IMG/VR virus record: IMGVR_UViG_3300047160_006886
Location: 47,991 to 111,990 of that record
Length of the DNA: 64,000 nt
Strand: one strand, 5' to 3'
Source: a virus
In this document: positions 1 to 8,638 of the stretch, in pieces
Numbering within the stretch: position 1 is the first letter of the stretch
Layout: the number at the start of each line of letters is the position of its first letter
Program-made: the position numbers and the translations under genes
Notes under the pieces: model-generated
Told to the model about the DNA's origin: nothing
Databases searched by the model: none
Seen by the model: only the letters and a program-made list of their open reading frames with translations

Positions 1-234
1 GAGGAGTGCGACGGGGGTACTAGTGGCGAAGGACATCCACATCGCTTCCTTGTCGTGGAGTGCCAAGAAGATGCCATCGTCCTCCCAACCGGCGGGGCAG
101 GTCTTCCGGTACTCCTTCACGTGATGGATCTCCATCGTACCAAGGCTCGGCGGCAGGTTCGAGACCTTGTCAGCCGCCACTCGCACCGTGCGATGGAACT
201 TGATCTTGAGAGAGCCGATCACCAAGTCGTTCAT
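1..234 (-). CDS. Conserved hypothetical protein, partial (runs off window)
   Basis: Own translation MNDLVIGSLKIKFHRTVRV..NLPPSLG..GIFLALHDKEAMWMSF; AGGAG RBS upstream; resembles an uncharacterised FQRTLR..LPPGLG..EAMW family. Confidence 0.6.
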   Translation of the reverse strand, partial: MNDLVIGSLKIKFHRTVRVAADKVSNLPPSLGTMEIHHVKEYRKTCPAGWEDDGIFLALHDKEAMWMSFATSTPVALL

Positions 235-273
235 GTTCGATGCTCCTGAGAAAATTGCCAAGGGTTCGCGCGA

Positions 274-1920
274 TCACCTCTGAATCGATCCTACCATATC
301 GGAAGAAAATCTCGGCTGAGCGTGGGGACCGGCGACCACCTTCCTCGGCTCGTGCAGCATGCCCCAACAAGCAAGGACGAAGGCGTCTGCCTCGTCAGGA
401 GAGCAGCCGAGGATCTCGGTCAGCGTCTTCTCCCTGGAGTCGGGGTCCTTCTTGTTCTTGGCTGGCAGGTACAGCCTGCCTTCGCCGTCTCTCAACCTGG
501 GAATGCCGGCGAGCTGACGACTCAGCTCCCAATACGGGTCTCCCCGCCGTCCTCGCGGCAGTCCGAATCCTCGCGGGTTGATGGAAGGGTCGAAGAGCAT
601 CGAGGCTTCCCCGTACATCTCTGCCCTGCGATTGACGTAGACGTAGCGATCCTCCCTCATCTCCAGGCGGGTGGCGAAGGGAACCTTGCTGGTGCCCCGC
701 CTGATGTCAGCCAAGATACCCTCGCCGAAGGCCACCGTCCGCACCTCGTAGCCTTGAGCCCTGAGGCGATCCGCATGCTGCTTCCCTCCACCACCACGGT
801 CTAAGAGCACGTTCTGCCAGTCCTCTCGCTTCTGCGGACTCAACCACCGCTTGGCGAAGGCGATGATGTCGCCGGTCACCTCACTCGTGTCCGGAGTCTT
901 GCGAGACTCGACCTCGATCACGCCTAGCTCGTCCACCGCGACCATCGCAGTGTTTGCTGAGCCCTCGCCAGGGTCAACTCCAACTGCTCTAGCCTTTCGA
1001 TGACTCCGCGAAGCATTCTGCGGAAGCTCCTCAGCTCTCGTGAGCCAATCTTGGGAGAAGAGCTTGTTCTCTGGGCCTTCGTAGAACTCTGCCTTGTGCG
1101 CGACCGAGATCCACTCCGGGTCGTCGGCCCTGGTCTCTTGTTCTTCACGGTATCTGCTCCAGCTCTTGACTCCAGGCACCAGGATCTCGTCGGTCGGCTC
1201 GACGCCAGCAGCGATCTGAGATCGGGCGTACCTCACGTTCGGGGAGTCCTCGGCGGTCAGGCGGAGGACGTTCCTGAACAGCTTGCCGTCGACGATCCGG
1301 TTGCCCTCCTTGACGGCCCTCCGCCAGAAGTTGTCGCACGGCCAGGTGTTGCCGATGACCAGGATGCGGTCGGCCCACGGAGCGGCGGTGTCCATGTACT
1401 CGTCGTTGACCGAACTCGCCTCGTCGACGATGAAGAGCGTCCTCGGGATGCCGTCCGAGCTGGCGATGTGGTGGCCTCCCATCGCGGCCATCGAGTCGGC
1501 CGAGGCGACCATGCCCTTGCAGTAGCTCTTCGGACAGACGCCGTCGCGAGTCACCTTCCTCAGCTCCTGGTGGTTGATGATCAACGGCCCGCCCAGCTTG
1601 AAGTCCAACACGAACTTGCACGTGCGGATGAAGTTGTTGATCTCCCCCCAGAGCACGCGGAGGTGGTCCTCCTTGGCCGAGGTGGTGATGATGCGGCAGG
1701 GATGCCTCGTCAGGAAGAAACAGAACGCCTCCCAGCCGGCCACGAAGTCCTTGCCCATCTGTTGGCTCGCCGGCACGAAGGTCTGACGGTTGTCGAGGAC
1801 CGAGAACAGGATGTCCTCCTCCTCGGGATAGAACCAGTAGGGAGAGCCGTCTGGCTGCCGGGAGAAGCCGTCCGGGAAGCACAGCTTGGCGAACTCGACT
1901 GGGTCGATCTGCTGGCTCAT
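274..1920 (-). CDS. terL: Terminase large subunit
   Basis: Walker A-like VPASQQMGKD, Walker B LFIVDEAS, RNase H-type nuclease VGVDPG...DEADA; start at MSQQ (ATGA overlap with upstream stop). Confidence 0.88.
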   Translation of the reverse strand: MSQQIDPVEFAKLCFPDGFSRQPDGSPYWFYPEEEDILFSVLDNRQTFVPASQQMGKDFVAGWEAFCFFLTRHPCRIITTSAKEDHLRVLWGEINNFIRTCKFVLDFKLGGPLIINHQELRKVTRDGVCPKSYCKGMVASADSMAAMGGHHIASSDGIPRTLFIVDEASSVNDEYMDTAAPWADRILVIGNTWPCDNFWRRAVKEGNRIVDGKLFRNVLRLTAEDSPNVRYARSQIAAGVEPTDEILVPGVKSWSRYREEQETRADDPEWISVAHKAEFYEGPENKLFSQDWLTRAEELPQNASRSHRKARAVGVDPGEGSANTAMVAVDELGVIEVESRKTPDTSEVTGDIIAFAKRWLSPQKREDWQNVLLDRGGGGKQHADRLRAQGYEVRTVAFGEGILADIRRGTSKVPFATRLEMREDRYVYVNRRAEMYGEASMLFDPSINPRGFGLPRGRRGDPYWELSRQLAGIPRLRDGEGRLYLPAKNKKDPDSREKTLTEILGCSPDEADAFVLACWGMLHEPRKVVAGPHAQPRFSSDMVGSIQR

Positions 1921-2216
1921 TTGACCTCTCCGGTCACCATGTCGACGCCGCTCTCGATCTCCGGTACCAAGCCGACCTCGGGATCGACGAGAGAAGCGGC
2001 CTTGAGGCGGCGACGAGACTCCAAAGTCTTCTCCCGCTCCTCGGCCCTCTGCTCCGGCGTCGCCGCCTCGTGCATCGCCTTGAGCATCGGAATGAACTCG
2101 TTCTTGCACCGCTGGCAGCTCTGAGCGTGCCGGATCAAGGCTGCCAATTCAGACGGAGTCTCCAGAGGGGCATCGGCAGGACGGTTGATAAAAGCTCGCA
2201 GTTGATCGCAGGTCAT
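1917..2216 (-). CDS. zf-HC2 (anti-sigma-like) zinc-finger protein
   Basis: MTC...LIRHAQSCQRC (C...HxxxCxxC); ATGA coupling on both sides. Confidence 0.6.
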   Translation of the reverse strand: MTCDQLRAFINRPADAPLETPSELAALIRHAQSCQRCKNEFIPMLKAMHEAATPEQRAEEREKTLESRRRLKAASLVDPEVGLVPEIESGVDMVTGEVK

Positions 2217-2386
2217 GCGACGCCTCCGTTCATCCTCTCCCAGCTCCGCCAACAGTCGGGGCAGAGCGTGCCGAGATCCCGAGGCTGGATCTGCGGACCA
2301 TATCGCTCCCTCGCCTCCTTGATGGCCTCGGCCTCCGGCCGATCCGAGACGAAGACCCCGCGACAGATGATGCAACGGTATCTCAT
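2213..2386 (-). CDS. Small CxxC..CxxC zinc-finger protein
   Basis: CIIC...CPDC; start could be further upstream (ORF extends to 2542). Confidence 0.5.
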   Translation of the reverse strand: MRYRCIICRGVFVSDRPEAEAIKEARERYGPQIQPRDLGTLCPDCWRSWERMNGGVA

Positions 2387-2649
2387 ATAACCAAGGTTGC
2401 CTTGTGGCCTTCGCTTTCTCCGCTCCCGCTCATACCGCTCTTGCTGTTGTTCCATGTTATTCTCGCACATCGTAGGACTCCCCTGAATGAAAAGAGTGCC
2501 AAGGGAGGTGAGTCCTGCGACATCGTCGTCGGCGTTACTCATCTCTCCTAGGTAAGACCAATATCATCGCTAAACCTCCATATGCTGAACGCTCCTACGA
2601 GAGACCCCCCACATCGGGGACTCCACCTGGACGAATGAAAAAGAAGAAC

Positions 2650-2946
2650 TCAAGTCCGTCGCTGTCGCCCCTTCTCCAGCCGCCTCTGGTCGCGACCATC
2701 CAGAAGTTTGTTGTCGACCTCGCAGTCCTCGTGAACTGCTCCTCTATCCTCCTCTTTCTCGCTGAAGTGATCCGGCTTCCAGCTCTTCCAGCCATCGAGC
2801 ATCGCTGACATGTCCTTCCGGATCGAGGAAAGGGTCATGATGAACCAGACCAGGAACATGATCGTCAGGACCAGTGACACAAAGCCGATGATGGCCGCGA
2901 AGGCCACTGCGTCATCGGAACCGCTGCTTGCAATTATCAGAGCCAT
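2650..2946 (-). CDS. Single-pass membrane protein
   Basis: GGAGG RBS; hydrophobic stretch AVAFAAIIGFVSLVLTIMFLVWFIMTL. Confidence 0.6.
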   Translation of the reverse strand: MALIIASSGSDDAVAFAAIIGFVSLVLTIMFLVWFIMTLSSIRKDMSAMLDGWKSWKPDHFSEKEEDRGAVHEDCEVDNKLLDGRDQRRLEKGRQRRT

Positions 2947-3040
2947 GTCTTCCTCCGTTCCAATCTCTCTGTCGCGATCATCAGCAATGTCAGTGCGACG
3001 AGGCAGATGATCGCAAATGCCGAGTCCGCTTTTGGTTCTC

Positions 3041-3304
3041 CTAAGACTCCTTGATGATGGTCGCCTTGAAGTTCGGGAAGAACCCATCGTGGTAAGGATG
3101 CAGGCAGGTCGTCAGCCCACCAACCGGCACCACCGCTCGACCGCCGCCCGGAGCGATGGTCCCGCTGTTAAACTCACCACCATCGGCGACCGCAGAACGG
3201 TTCTGGTGAGTCTGGTTGATGAAGGTCACGGTCGCCGAACCGGAGTTGAGCCGGAGCACCGAGAGTGAGAAGCCGTGGGCGGTGATGAAGACGTCGTAGT
3301 TCAT
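3041..3304 (-). CDS. Cupredoxin-fold-like small protein lacking copper ligands
   Basis: TVTFIN..DGGEFNSGTIAPGG..YH..P.FKATII resembles plastocyanin/amicyanin pattern. Confidence 0.45.
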   Translation of the reverse strand: MNYDVFITAHGFSLSVLRLNSGSATVTFINQTHQNRSAVADGGEFNSGTIAPGGGRAVVPVGGLTTCLHPYHDGFFPNFKATIIKES

Positions 3305-3310
3305 TTTGGT

Positions 3311-3871
3311 CTACTCCTCTTGTGGGTTGGTGGCTCCCTGGCCGAGGGAGTCGTCCCCGAACTGTGGATGCTGTTGCCTCAGTCGTTCCACTTGAGCCCG
3401 GATGATGGATCGCAACTGAGCCGCCTCGATCTCCTGCCGTTCTCTCTTCAGATCTTCCATGTGAGCGACCAGAGCACGGACCGCCTTGAGCACGACGATC
3501 TGAAGAGCGAAGAGGTCGATGGCGGATAGTGGAGCATCACTCCGGATGAGATCCTCTGCAGAGCTGATCGCCTCATCGAGCTGAGCTACCAGGGCCGGCT
3601 TCTCCAGCTCTTCGATGGCTTCCTTCTCGACCTTGTCGGTCATAGCACCCATCGCTTCCTGGTCCTCATAGAGCCGCTGCATCCGCTGCTGAATGGCCCT
3701 GTTCTGCTCCGGGGTCAGTTCTTGCTCCTTCTCCCGCTTCGAGGCGATCCACCTGGCACACTTAACGCAAGAGTGACCGTGGTTGATGATCGCGGCATAC
3801 TCAGCGTTGGTGCCGGCTGACTTCGAGAGTCGCTCGGCCAGCTGACGGAACTCTTCGCAGGTAAGCATCAT
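3311..3871 (-). CDS. zf-HC2 zinc finger plus coiled-coil protein
   Basis: LTCEEF...INHGHSCVKC; resembles 1917-2216 product. Confidence 0.6.
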   Translation of the reverse strand: MMLTCEEFRQLAERLSKSAGTNAEYAAIINHGHSCVKCARWIASKREKEQELTPEQNRAIQQRMQRLYEDQEAMGAMTDKVEKEAIEELEKPALVAQLDEAISSAEDLIRSDAPLSAIDLFALQIVVLKAVRALVAHMEDLKRERQEIEAAQLRSIIRAQVERLRQQHPQFGDDSLGQGATNPQEE

Positions 3872-4641
3872 GGTTCTCCGTTGGGCTTGTTTTCACCATC
3901 AGCAGCCGGCGGTGGAATCGCCTTGACTTCTCTCGCCTCCCTTATCCTTCGCTCGACCGGATCTTCCTCTCCGCTCTTCCTGCCCCTGGCAGCCTGGTCG
4001 GCGTAGAGCTTGTCGAGATCCAGGGTCATGAGGTTGACGTCGTGCTGGTGCTTCTCGGTCAGCGAGTACTTGGCGGCCAGGCCGAGGGCAAAGGTCTTCG
4101 AGACGAACCGGACGCGAGCCCTGTCCTTCTCGACCCAATCTTCGACCTCCTCTTCATCTCCGGCGTCGTTCTTGACTTTCCTCTTGGTCAGCACCTCGAC
4201 GTGCTCGATGTCGACGGCCTCGATCATCCGTTTGATGTGGATCGGCAGTTCCTTGTATGCCTCGATATCGATGACCCAGCCGCCCTGATCCGGCGTGAAC
4301 CAATCCAAGAGCGAGACGTTGACGACCTCGGATATCCGCTGCCGGATGTCCTGTGCTTCGAGGACGGTCTGCTCTTCGATGATCTTGAGTAACCGATTGA
4401 CCTCGATCACCACGAGCGGATACAGCTCTGGATCGAGCCACTGGAATCCCTGAGACGTCGCCGACCGTTCACTGATCCCGGCCGCGAGGGCCGATGCCTT
4501 CACGTCCTTTGACTTGACGTACTCGTCGACGAAGATGCGTTGCTTGGCCGTCAATCGCTTCTTCCGAGAGTTGTACGCCGCCATCTGGGCCTTCTTGGCA
4601 CGTCTGGAGTCGCTGTCGGAATTTGTTAGGAACTGCGTCAC
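3868..4641 (-). CDS. terS: Terminase small subunit
   Basis: LTAKQRIFVDEY...ASALAAGISERSA N-terminal HTH motif; upstream of terL. Confidence 0.85.
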   Translation of the reverse strand: MTQFLTNSDSDSRRAKKAQMAAYNSRKKRLTAKQRIFVDEYVKSKDVKASALAAGISERSATSQGFQWLDPELYPLVVIEVNRLLKIIEEQTVLEAQDIRQRISEVVNVSLLDWFTPDQGGWVIDIEAYKELPIHIKRMIEAVDIEHVEVLTKRKVKNDAGDEEEVEDWVEKDRARVRFVSKTFALGLAAKYSLTEKHQHDVNLMTLDLDKLYADQAARGRKSGEEDPVERRIREAREVKAIPPPAADGENKPNGEP

Positions 4642-4659
4642 TTCGTCACTTCCTCGATC

Positions 4660-5103
4660 CTACAGTGCCACCCTCAGCGGTGTCATGTCCAGGTGCCTGC
4701 CTCCCTGCATCGCATGATCCTGCTTCTCTCGCATCTCCTCTCGCAGCTCCCGTTCCATCGTTCGGACGGCCTTTGACACCCCTCCGTCGATGACCGTCTC
4801 TGGATCAAGTGGAGTAGCTATGCCCTTCCCTTTGCCGGTGCTGATCCTGTCTGTCGGCCTGTCCGTCCTGCCGAACACCCCTCGATGGTACAGCATCCTG
4901 ACCACGTGGCGGAACAGACCCCAGAGCAGTGTGGGAGGCAGGGATGAAATGGCCTTCAGCAGATCCTCGAACTGAGCATCATCGCTTCCATCCGTCGGTT
5001 CCCTGCCCCGCATTCCCACACCCTGGGTGTGAGGGACCGACGAATGGACGACGGGAATGTGTTCGAATACTTGCTTCTCTCGGGCGTGTTCGAGGAACGC
5101 CAT
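4660..5103 (-). CDS. Hypothetical protein
   Basis: AGGAG RBS and a TATAAT ~30 nt upstream; first gene of the terminase block. Confidence 0.55.
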   Translation of the reverse strand: MAFLEHAREKQVFEHIPVVHSSVPHTQGVGMRGREPTDGSDDAQFEDLLKAISSLPPTLLWGLFRHVVRMLYHRGVFGRTDRPTDRISTGKGKGIATPLDPETVIDGGVSKAVRTMERELREEMREKQDHAMQGGRHLDMTPLRVAL

Positions 5104-5200
5104 GAAATTCTTCTCCTGATGTCTACCTCGAATTATACGGACCGGGAAAGGAAAGAACCAAAAGAAAAAATTCATCCCAACAAAAAACGAAAGAAACATT

Positions 5201-5233
5201 TTTCATTTTACCTGTGATATAATCACAGTGGGA
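5201..5233 (-). promoter_or_regulatory. Putative promoter/operator TCCCAC-N17-TAAAATGAAA, copy 1
   Basis: Same boxes and spacing as 45132-45164; contains palindrome CTGTGAT-ATA-ATCACAG. Confidence 0.55.
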
Positions 5234-5335
5234 AAATCCTTTCTTTCTTTTTCTTTTCTTATCTTTTATTCTTAGCAAGGAGGTAGAAACAGATGCAAGG
5301 CGACGTTGTAGAAAAACAATGTTCCCGATGTCTGA

Positions 5336-5476
5336 CCGAAGTGAGTATCCGGCTGAACCACAGAACGGCTCGATGATGGTGTCATGAATCGGAGGCGGAT
5401 ACTTCGGAGCCAGACGCCACTTGCCGCCAAGGTAGGTGAACATCGGCTCCAGACCTAAATTCCTCCGCATCCTCAT
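5336..5476 (-). pseudogene. N-terminal fragment of a Dam-like adenine methyltransferase
   Basis: FTYLGGKWRLA...IIEPFCGSAGYS SAM-binding motif, then runs into AT-rich sequence; no DPPY. Confidence 0.65.
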
Positions 5477-5513
5477 AGCAGAATAATTCCTCAAGAAATC
5501 TCCAGATCGATGC

Positions 5514-5541
5514 TTGACTTCGCGTCTCCAGACGTTATACT
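5514..5541 (+). promoter_or_regulatory. Sigma70-type promoter
   Basis: TTGACT-16-TATACT upstream of the 5628 gene. Confidence 0.65.
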
Positions 5542-5627
5542 TGCAAGTAGATTCGAGTTGATGGTTTAGGGACGTATCCCTTGGCGGCTCGAATCAGGAA
5601 ACACTCGCCCGACAGGAGATCAGTATC

Positions 5628-6227
5628 ATGGCAGCCATTACCCTCACCGGAACCCAGGTTCGCGTCCTCAAGGCACTGGCCAGTGTCAAGACCGCCGGCG
5701 GATCGCTCACCCGCAAGCAGATCGCGGCCAAGGCGTTCAACGGCAACTCGGTCAACTTCGTCCCCATCCTGGACCCGCTCCTCAAGGCCAAGTACGTCAA
5801 GCAGATCGAGAGTGACGAGGGCGGTGCGGACGATGCGTCCCATACCAGCTTCGCCATCACCGCTCCCGGTCGTGCGGCAGCGAGCAAAGCCCCTGAGCAT
5901 CCCGTCCGGGGCAACGGCTCCACCGAGCACAAGTCCCTGCCCAAGGTCGGCGAGAGCTTCACCAAAACGTACAACGGTAAGGATTACAAGGTCACTCGCA
6001 CCGAGGCCGGGTTCCGTTATGCGGGTAAGGAATACGCATCCCTCACCGCGACCGCCAAGGCCGTTCGTGGTACCGATCAGGAGGTCAACGGCTGGCTGTT
6101 CTTCGGATTCGTGAAGCCCAAGGCGGGCGAGGCCAAGCCAGCCAAGACCACGACCGGCAAACCGAAGGCCAAGAAGGCGAAGGCGGCTCCGGCCGAGGCT
6201 CCGGTCCCGGCGACCACAGCCAGCTAA
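5628..6227 (+). CDS. Putative DNA-binding protein: wHTH-like N-terminus, DUF2924-like domain, K/A/P-rich tail
   Basis: KTYNGKDYKV..GFRYAGKEYASLTATAKAVRG..NGWLFFG; AGGAG RBS. Confidence 0.7.
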   Translation: MAAITLTGTQVRVLKALASVKTAGGSLTRKQIAAKAFNGNSVNFVPILDPLLKAKYVKQIESDEGGADDASHTSFAITAPGRAAASKAPEHPVRGNGSTEHKSLPKVGESFTKTYNGKDYKVTRTEAGFRYAGKEYASLTATAKAVRGTDQEVNGWLFFGFVKPKAGEAKPAKTTTGKPKAKKAKAAPAEAPVPATTAS

Positions 6228-6251
6228 GCCTAACCACAACCCAACGCTGCT

Positions 6252-6282
6252 ACCCCCAGGAAACCCCTGGGGGTTTTCTTTT
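6252..6282 (+). terminator. Rho-independent terminator
   Basis: ACCCCCAGG/CCTGGGGGT stem followed by T-rich tail. Confidence 0.75.
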
Positions 6283-6345
6283 GCCCTTTGCTTCGATTCT
6301 TTGGCCCCGCCGTACGATCCGGGTGAACGCCCTTGGCTAATCTCC

Positions 6346-7800
6346 CTACCCACGCTTCCCGTCCCTGGTTGCACGCAATTTCGACCACTTCATTCCATCC
6401 CGTTCCCGCACTGGGTCAATACCTGCATATGAAGAGAACCGATCCAGGCAGACATCCACGTATCTTGGCTCAATCTCCACGGCGTAACATACGCGAGCGG
6501 TCTGTTGGGCAGCGATGATCGTGGTTCCACTCCCAACGTAGATATCCGTCACCACGTCGCCAGGATCGGTGTGCCGCAGGATAGCGTTGACAGGTAACTC
6601 AACAGGCTTGGTAGTTGCGTGGTCCGGCGAACGTAATGGGTTATCTACTTCCCATATCGTTGTGCGGAACTCTCCCGCGTCCCTTTTCTTGTGTGTCCGT
6701 TTCCAAGTGAAGAGGATAGGTTCGTGCTGATAGTCGTAGTCAAGACGGTTCAGCGAGAACGTGGCTCGATTCTTCTTCCAGATAATGACGTGCTTGACGG
6801 GTAGTTTCGCGTCTTGCATAAGTAGCAGCATCGTTAAACCCAAGTCACCTCCCTGAGCCGAACAGACAAATACTGAGCAGTCATCAGCAAGGTGCGGATA
6901 ACAGGCGTTAAATCCCTTCACTAACACTTCGCGCAGATCTTTCGGAGCAATAGAATCGTCTTTGATATCTACTAAACAGCGTCCAGCCTTCTGGACGCTG
7001 TTTAGCAGCCTATTCTTAGCTCCAATCGATACTCCATAAGGCGGATCAGTAAAAAGCAACGTCGCCAGCTTCCCGTTCATCACTTTCTTCAGACATCGAG
7101 GATCTGTGGAGTCACCGCACAGCAATCGATGTTCACCAAGAAACCAGAGGTCTCCGACTGATGACAATGGCTCTCGTGGTGGCTCGGGGACCTCATTCGG
7201 GTCTCCCTGTGCCTTTGGCTGCAGCATTAGTCGCAGACCAACAATCTCTTGCGGAGTCCATCCCGGCATGATCGACTGGCCGGCTGCACTGCACATCCGC
7301 TCGATCCGGCCGACGACCTCGAAGTCCCAGCGGGCGTGCTCGGCCGTGCGGTTGTCGGCCACCCCGTACCCGGCGGCGGCCACGTCGTCGAGGTCGGTCC
7401 AGATCACCCCGGCCTTGGTCCAGGACATCTGCTTCATCGCTTCGAGCGTGCCGTTGCCCTTGATCACGATCCGGCTCTTCCTCCTCACCACCAGCGGGGT
7501 CTGCTGACCGTAGATCGACAACGACAGCTTGATGCTGTCGATGTTCCGCTCGGGGTGGAGGCGGGCGTTCATCGGATCGGGCTTCAAGGTCTTGATGTCC
7601 ACGATCTCGACTTTGGACAACGACTTGGCGATGAAGTCCTTCCGCTCGGGGATGGCCGGAGCGGCGAGAGCCTCGTCGGCCTTGCCGTCCCCATCTGCTT
7701 GCTGAGGTTTGGACAGCATCCCGGCAGGACCACGGTTCGTCAACTTGCCACTGGACTTCGAGAGCAGTCCCGAGGGACCGCGATTGGTCAGACTTGGCAT
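6346..7800 (-). CDS. ParB-N domain fused to N6A/N4C DNA methyltransferase
   Basis: LKPDPMNARLH..ADNRTAE; HRLLCGDST; TDPPYG; HATTKPV; GSGTT. Confidence 0.9.
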   Translation of the reverse strand: MPSLTNRGPSGLLSKSSGKLTNRGPAGMLSKPQQADGDGKADEALAAPAIPERKDFIAKSLSKVEIVDIKTLKPDPMNARLHPERNIDSIKLSLSIYGQQTPLVVRRKSRIVIKGNGTLEAMKQMSWTKAGVIWTDLDDVAAAGYGVADNRTAEHARWDFEVVGRIERMCSAAGQSIMPGWTPQEIVGLRLMLQPKAQGDPNEVPEPPREPLSSVGDLWFLGEHRLLCGDSTDPRCLKKVMNGKLATLLFTDPPYGVSIGAKNRLLNSVQKAGRCLVDIKDDSIAPKDLREVLVKGFNACYPHLADDCSVFVCSAQGGDLGLTMLLLMQDAKLPVKHVIIWKKNRATFSLNRLDYDYQHEPILFTWKRTHKKRDAGEFRTTIWEVDNPLRSPDHATTKPVELPVNAILRHTDPGDVVTDIYVGSGTTIIAAQQTARVCYAVEIEPRYVDVCLDRFSSYAGIDPVRERDGMKWSKLRATRDGKRG

Positions 7801-7804
7801 GGGT

Positions 7805-8638
7805 TCAGTTCCTTGTAATAAGTGCCTCGTGTTTGTCTTTGTTCGCCGCCGTTCTGCTCGTTTGCTTGTGCCAATTCCACCCGTGACGGTACAGCGACCG
7901 GGCGAGTTCGCAGTCTCCTAGCCTCACGACGATCTGGGCGTGCTCGAACTCCGACAAGCATCTCGCCAGTCTTTCGTGATCAGTAAACGAGAGCGTGTGC
8001 AGATAAGAGTCTCCGTCTCCCGGCCACGGAGGATCGCAGTAAATGCCGTGTTCTTTCTTGTCCTGACATCTGCTCAGGAACTCGAAGGCGTCGAGGCAGA
8101 CGAACGTGCATCGAGACAGGATACGTCTCCACTCGCGGAGCGACATCACAGCATTGTGAAACCGTACGGCAGAGTCTCCTCCCCCAGCTTCCCATCTGAC
8201 GGACAAACCAGCGTCAAATTCATCTTTCGTACCGGCCTTCCCGTTCCTCGACATCCATGCGGATGTAAAGTACTTCATCGCTGACACAACGTCCGGACAG
8301 TCCGGTCGATTGTTTCGACACCAACTCTGCGACTCGACCAGCGTCGTCGGATGGAAAGGCAGCCTCCGCAACATCCTCCACATCTTCGGTCCGATGACCG
8401 GATCGGCAACACAAACCGCGAGGTTGATCACGTGACCGTGCAGATCGTTGACCACGACGGTGCGGGCGTTGATGTAAGTAATCTCGCACATTCCTCCCGC
8501 GAACGGAACGCCGACCCACGAGCGACGGCCGAGCAAATCTCCCACGTTCTTCGCCAAGATACGGTTGCTGCCGTACCAAGGCACCAACGCCTTGATCTTG
8601 GGCAACCTGGTCGTGGTCCGCTGATCAGCTCTTGGCAT
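7805..8638 (-). CDS. D12-class DNA adenine methyltransferase
   Basis: PWYGS..PFAGG..VVNDL..YCDPPW. Confidence 0.8.
   Translation of the reverse strand: MPRADQRTTTRLPKIKALVPWYGSNRILAKNVGDLLGRRSWVGVPFAGGMCEITYINARTVVVNDLHGHVINLAVCVADPVIGPKMWRMLRRLPFHPTTLVESQSWCRNNRPDCPDVVSAMKYFTSAWMSRNGKAGTKDEFDAGLSVRWEAGGGDSAVRFHNAVMSLREWRRILSRCTFVCLDAFEFLSRCQDKKEHGIYCDPPWPGDGDSYLHTLSFTDHERLARCLSEFEHAQIVVRLGDCELARSLYRHGWNWHKQTSRTAANKDKHEALITRN

Noticed and set aside
1921-2109. N-terminal extension of terL in the ORF track
   Set aside because: Overlaps the coupled zf-HC2 gene; RBS and ATGA overlap support a start at 1920
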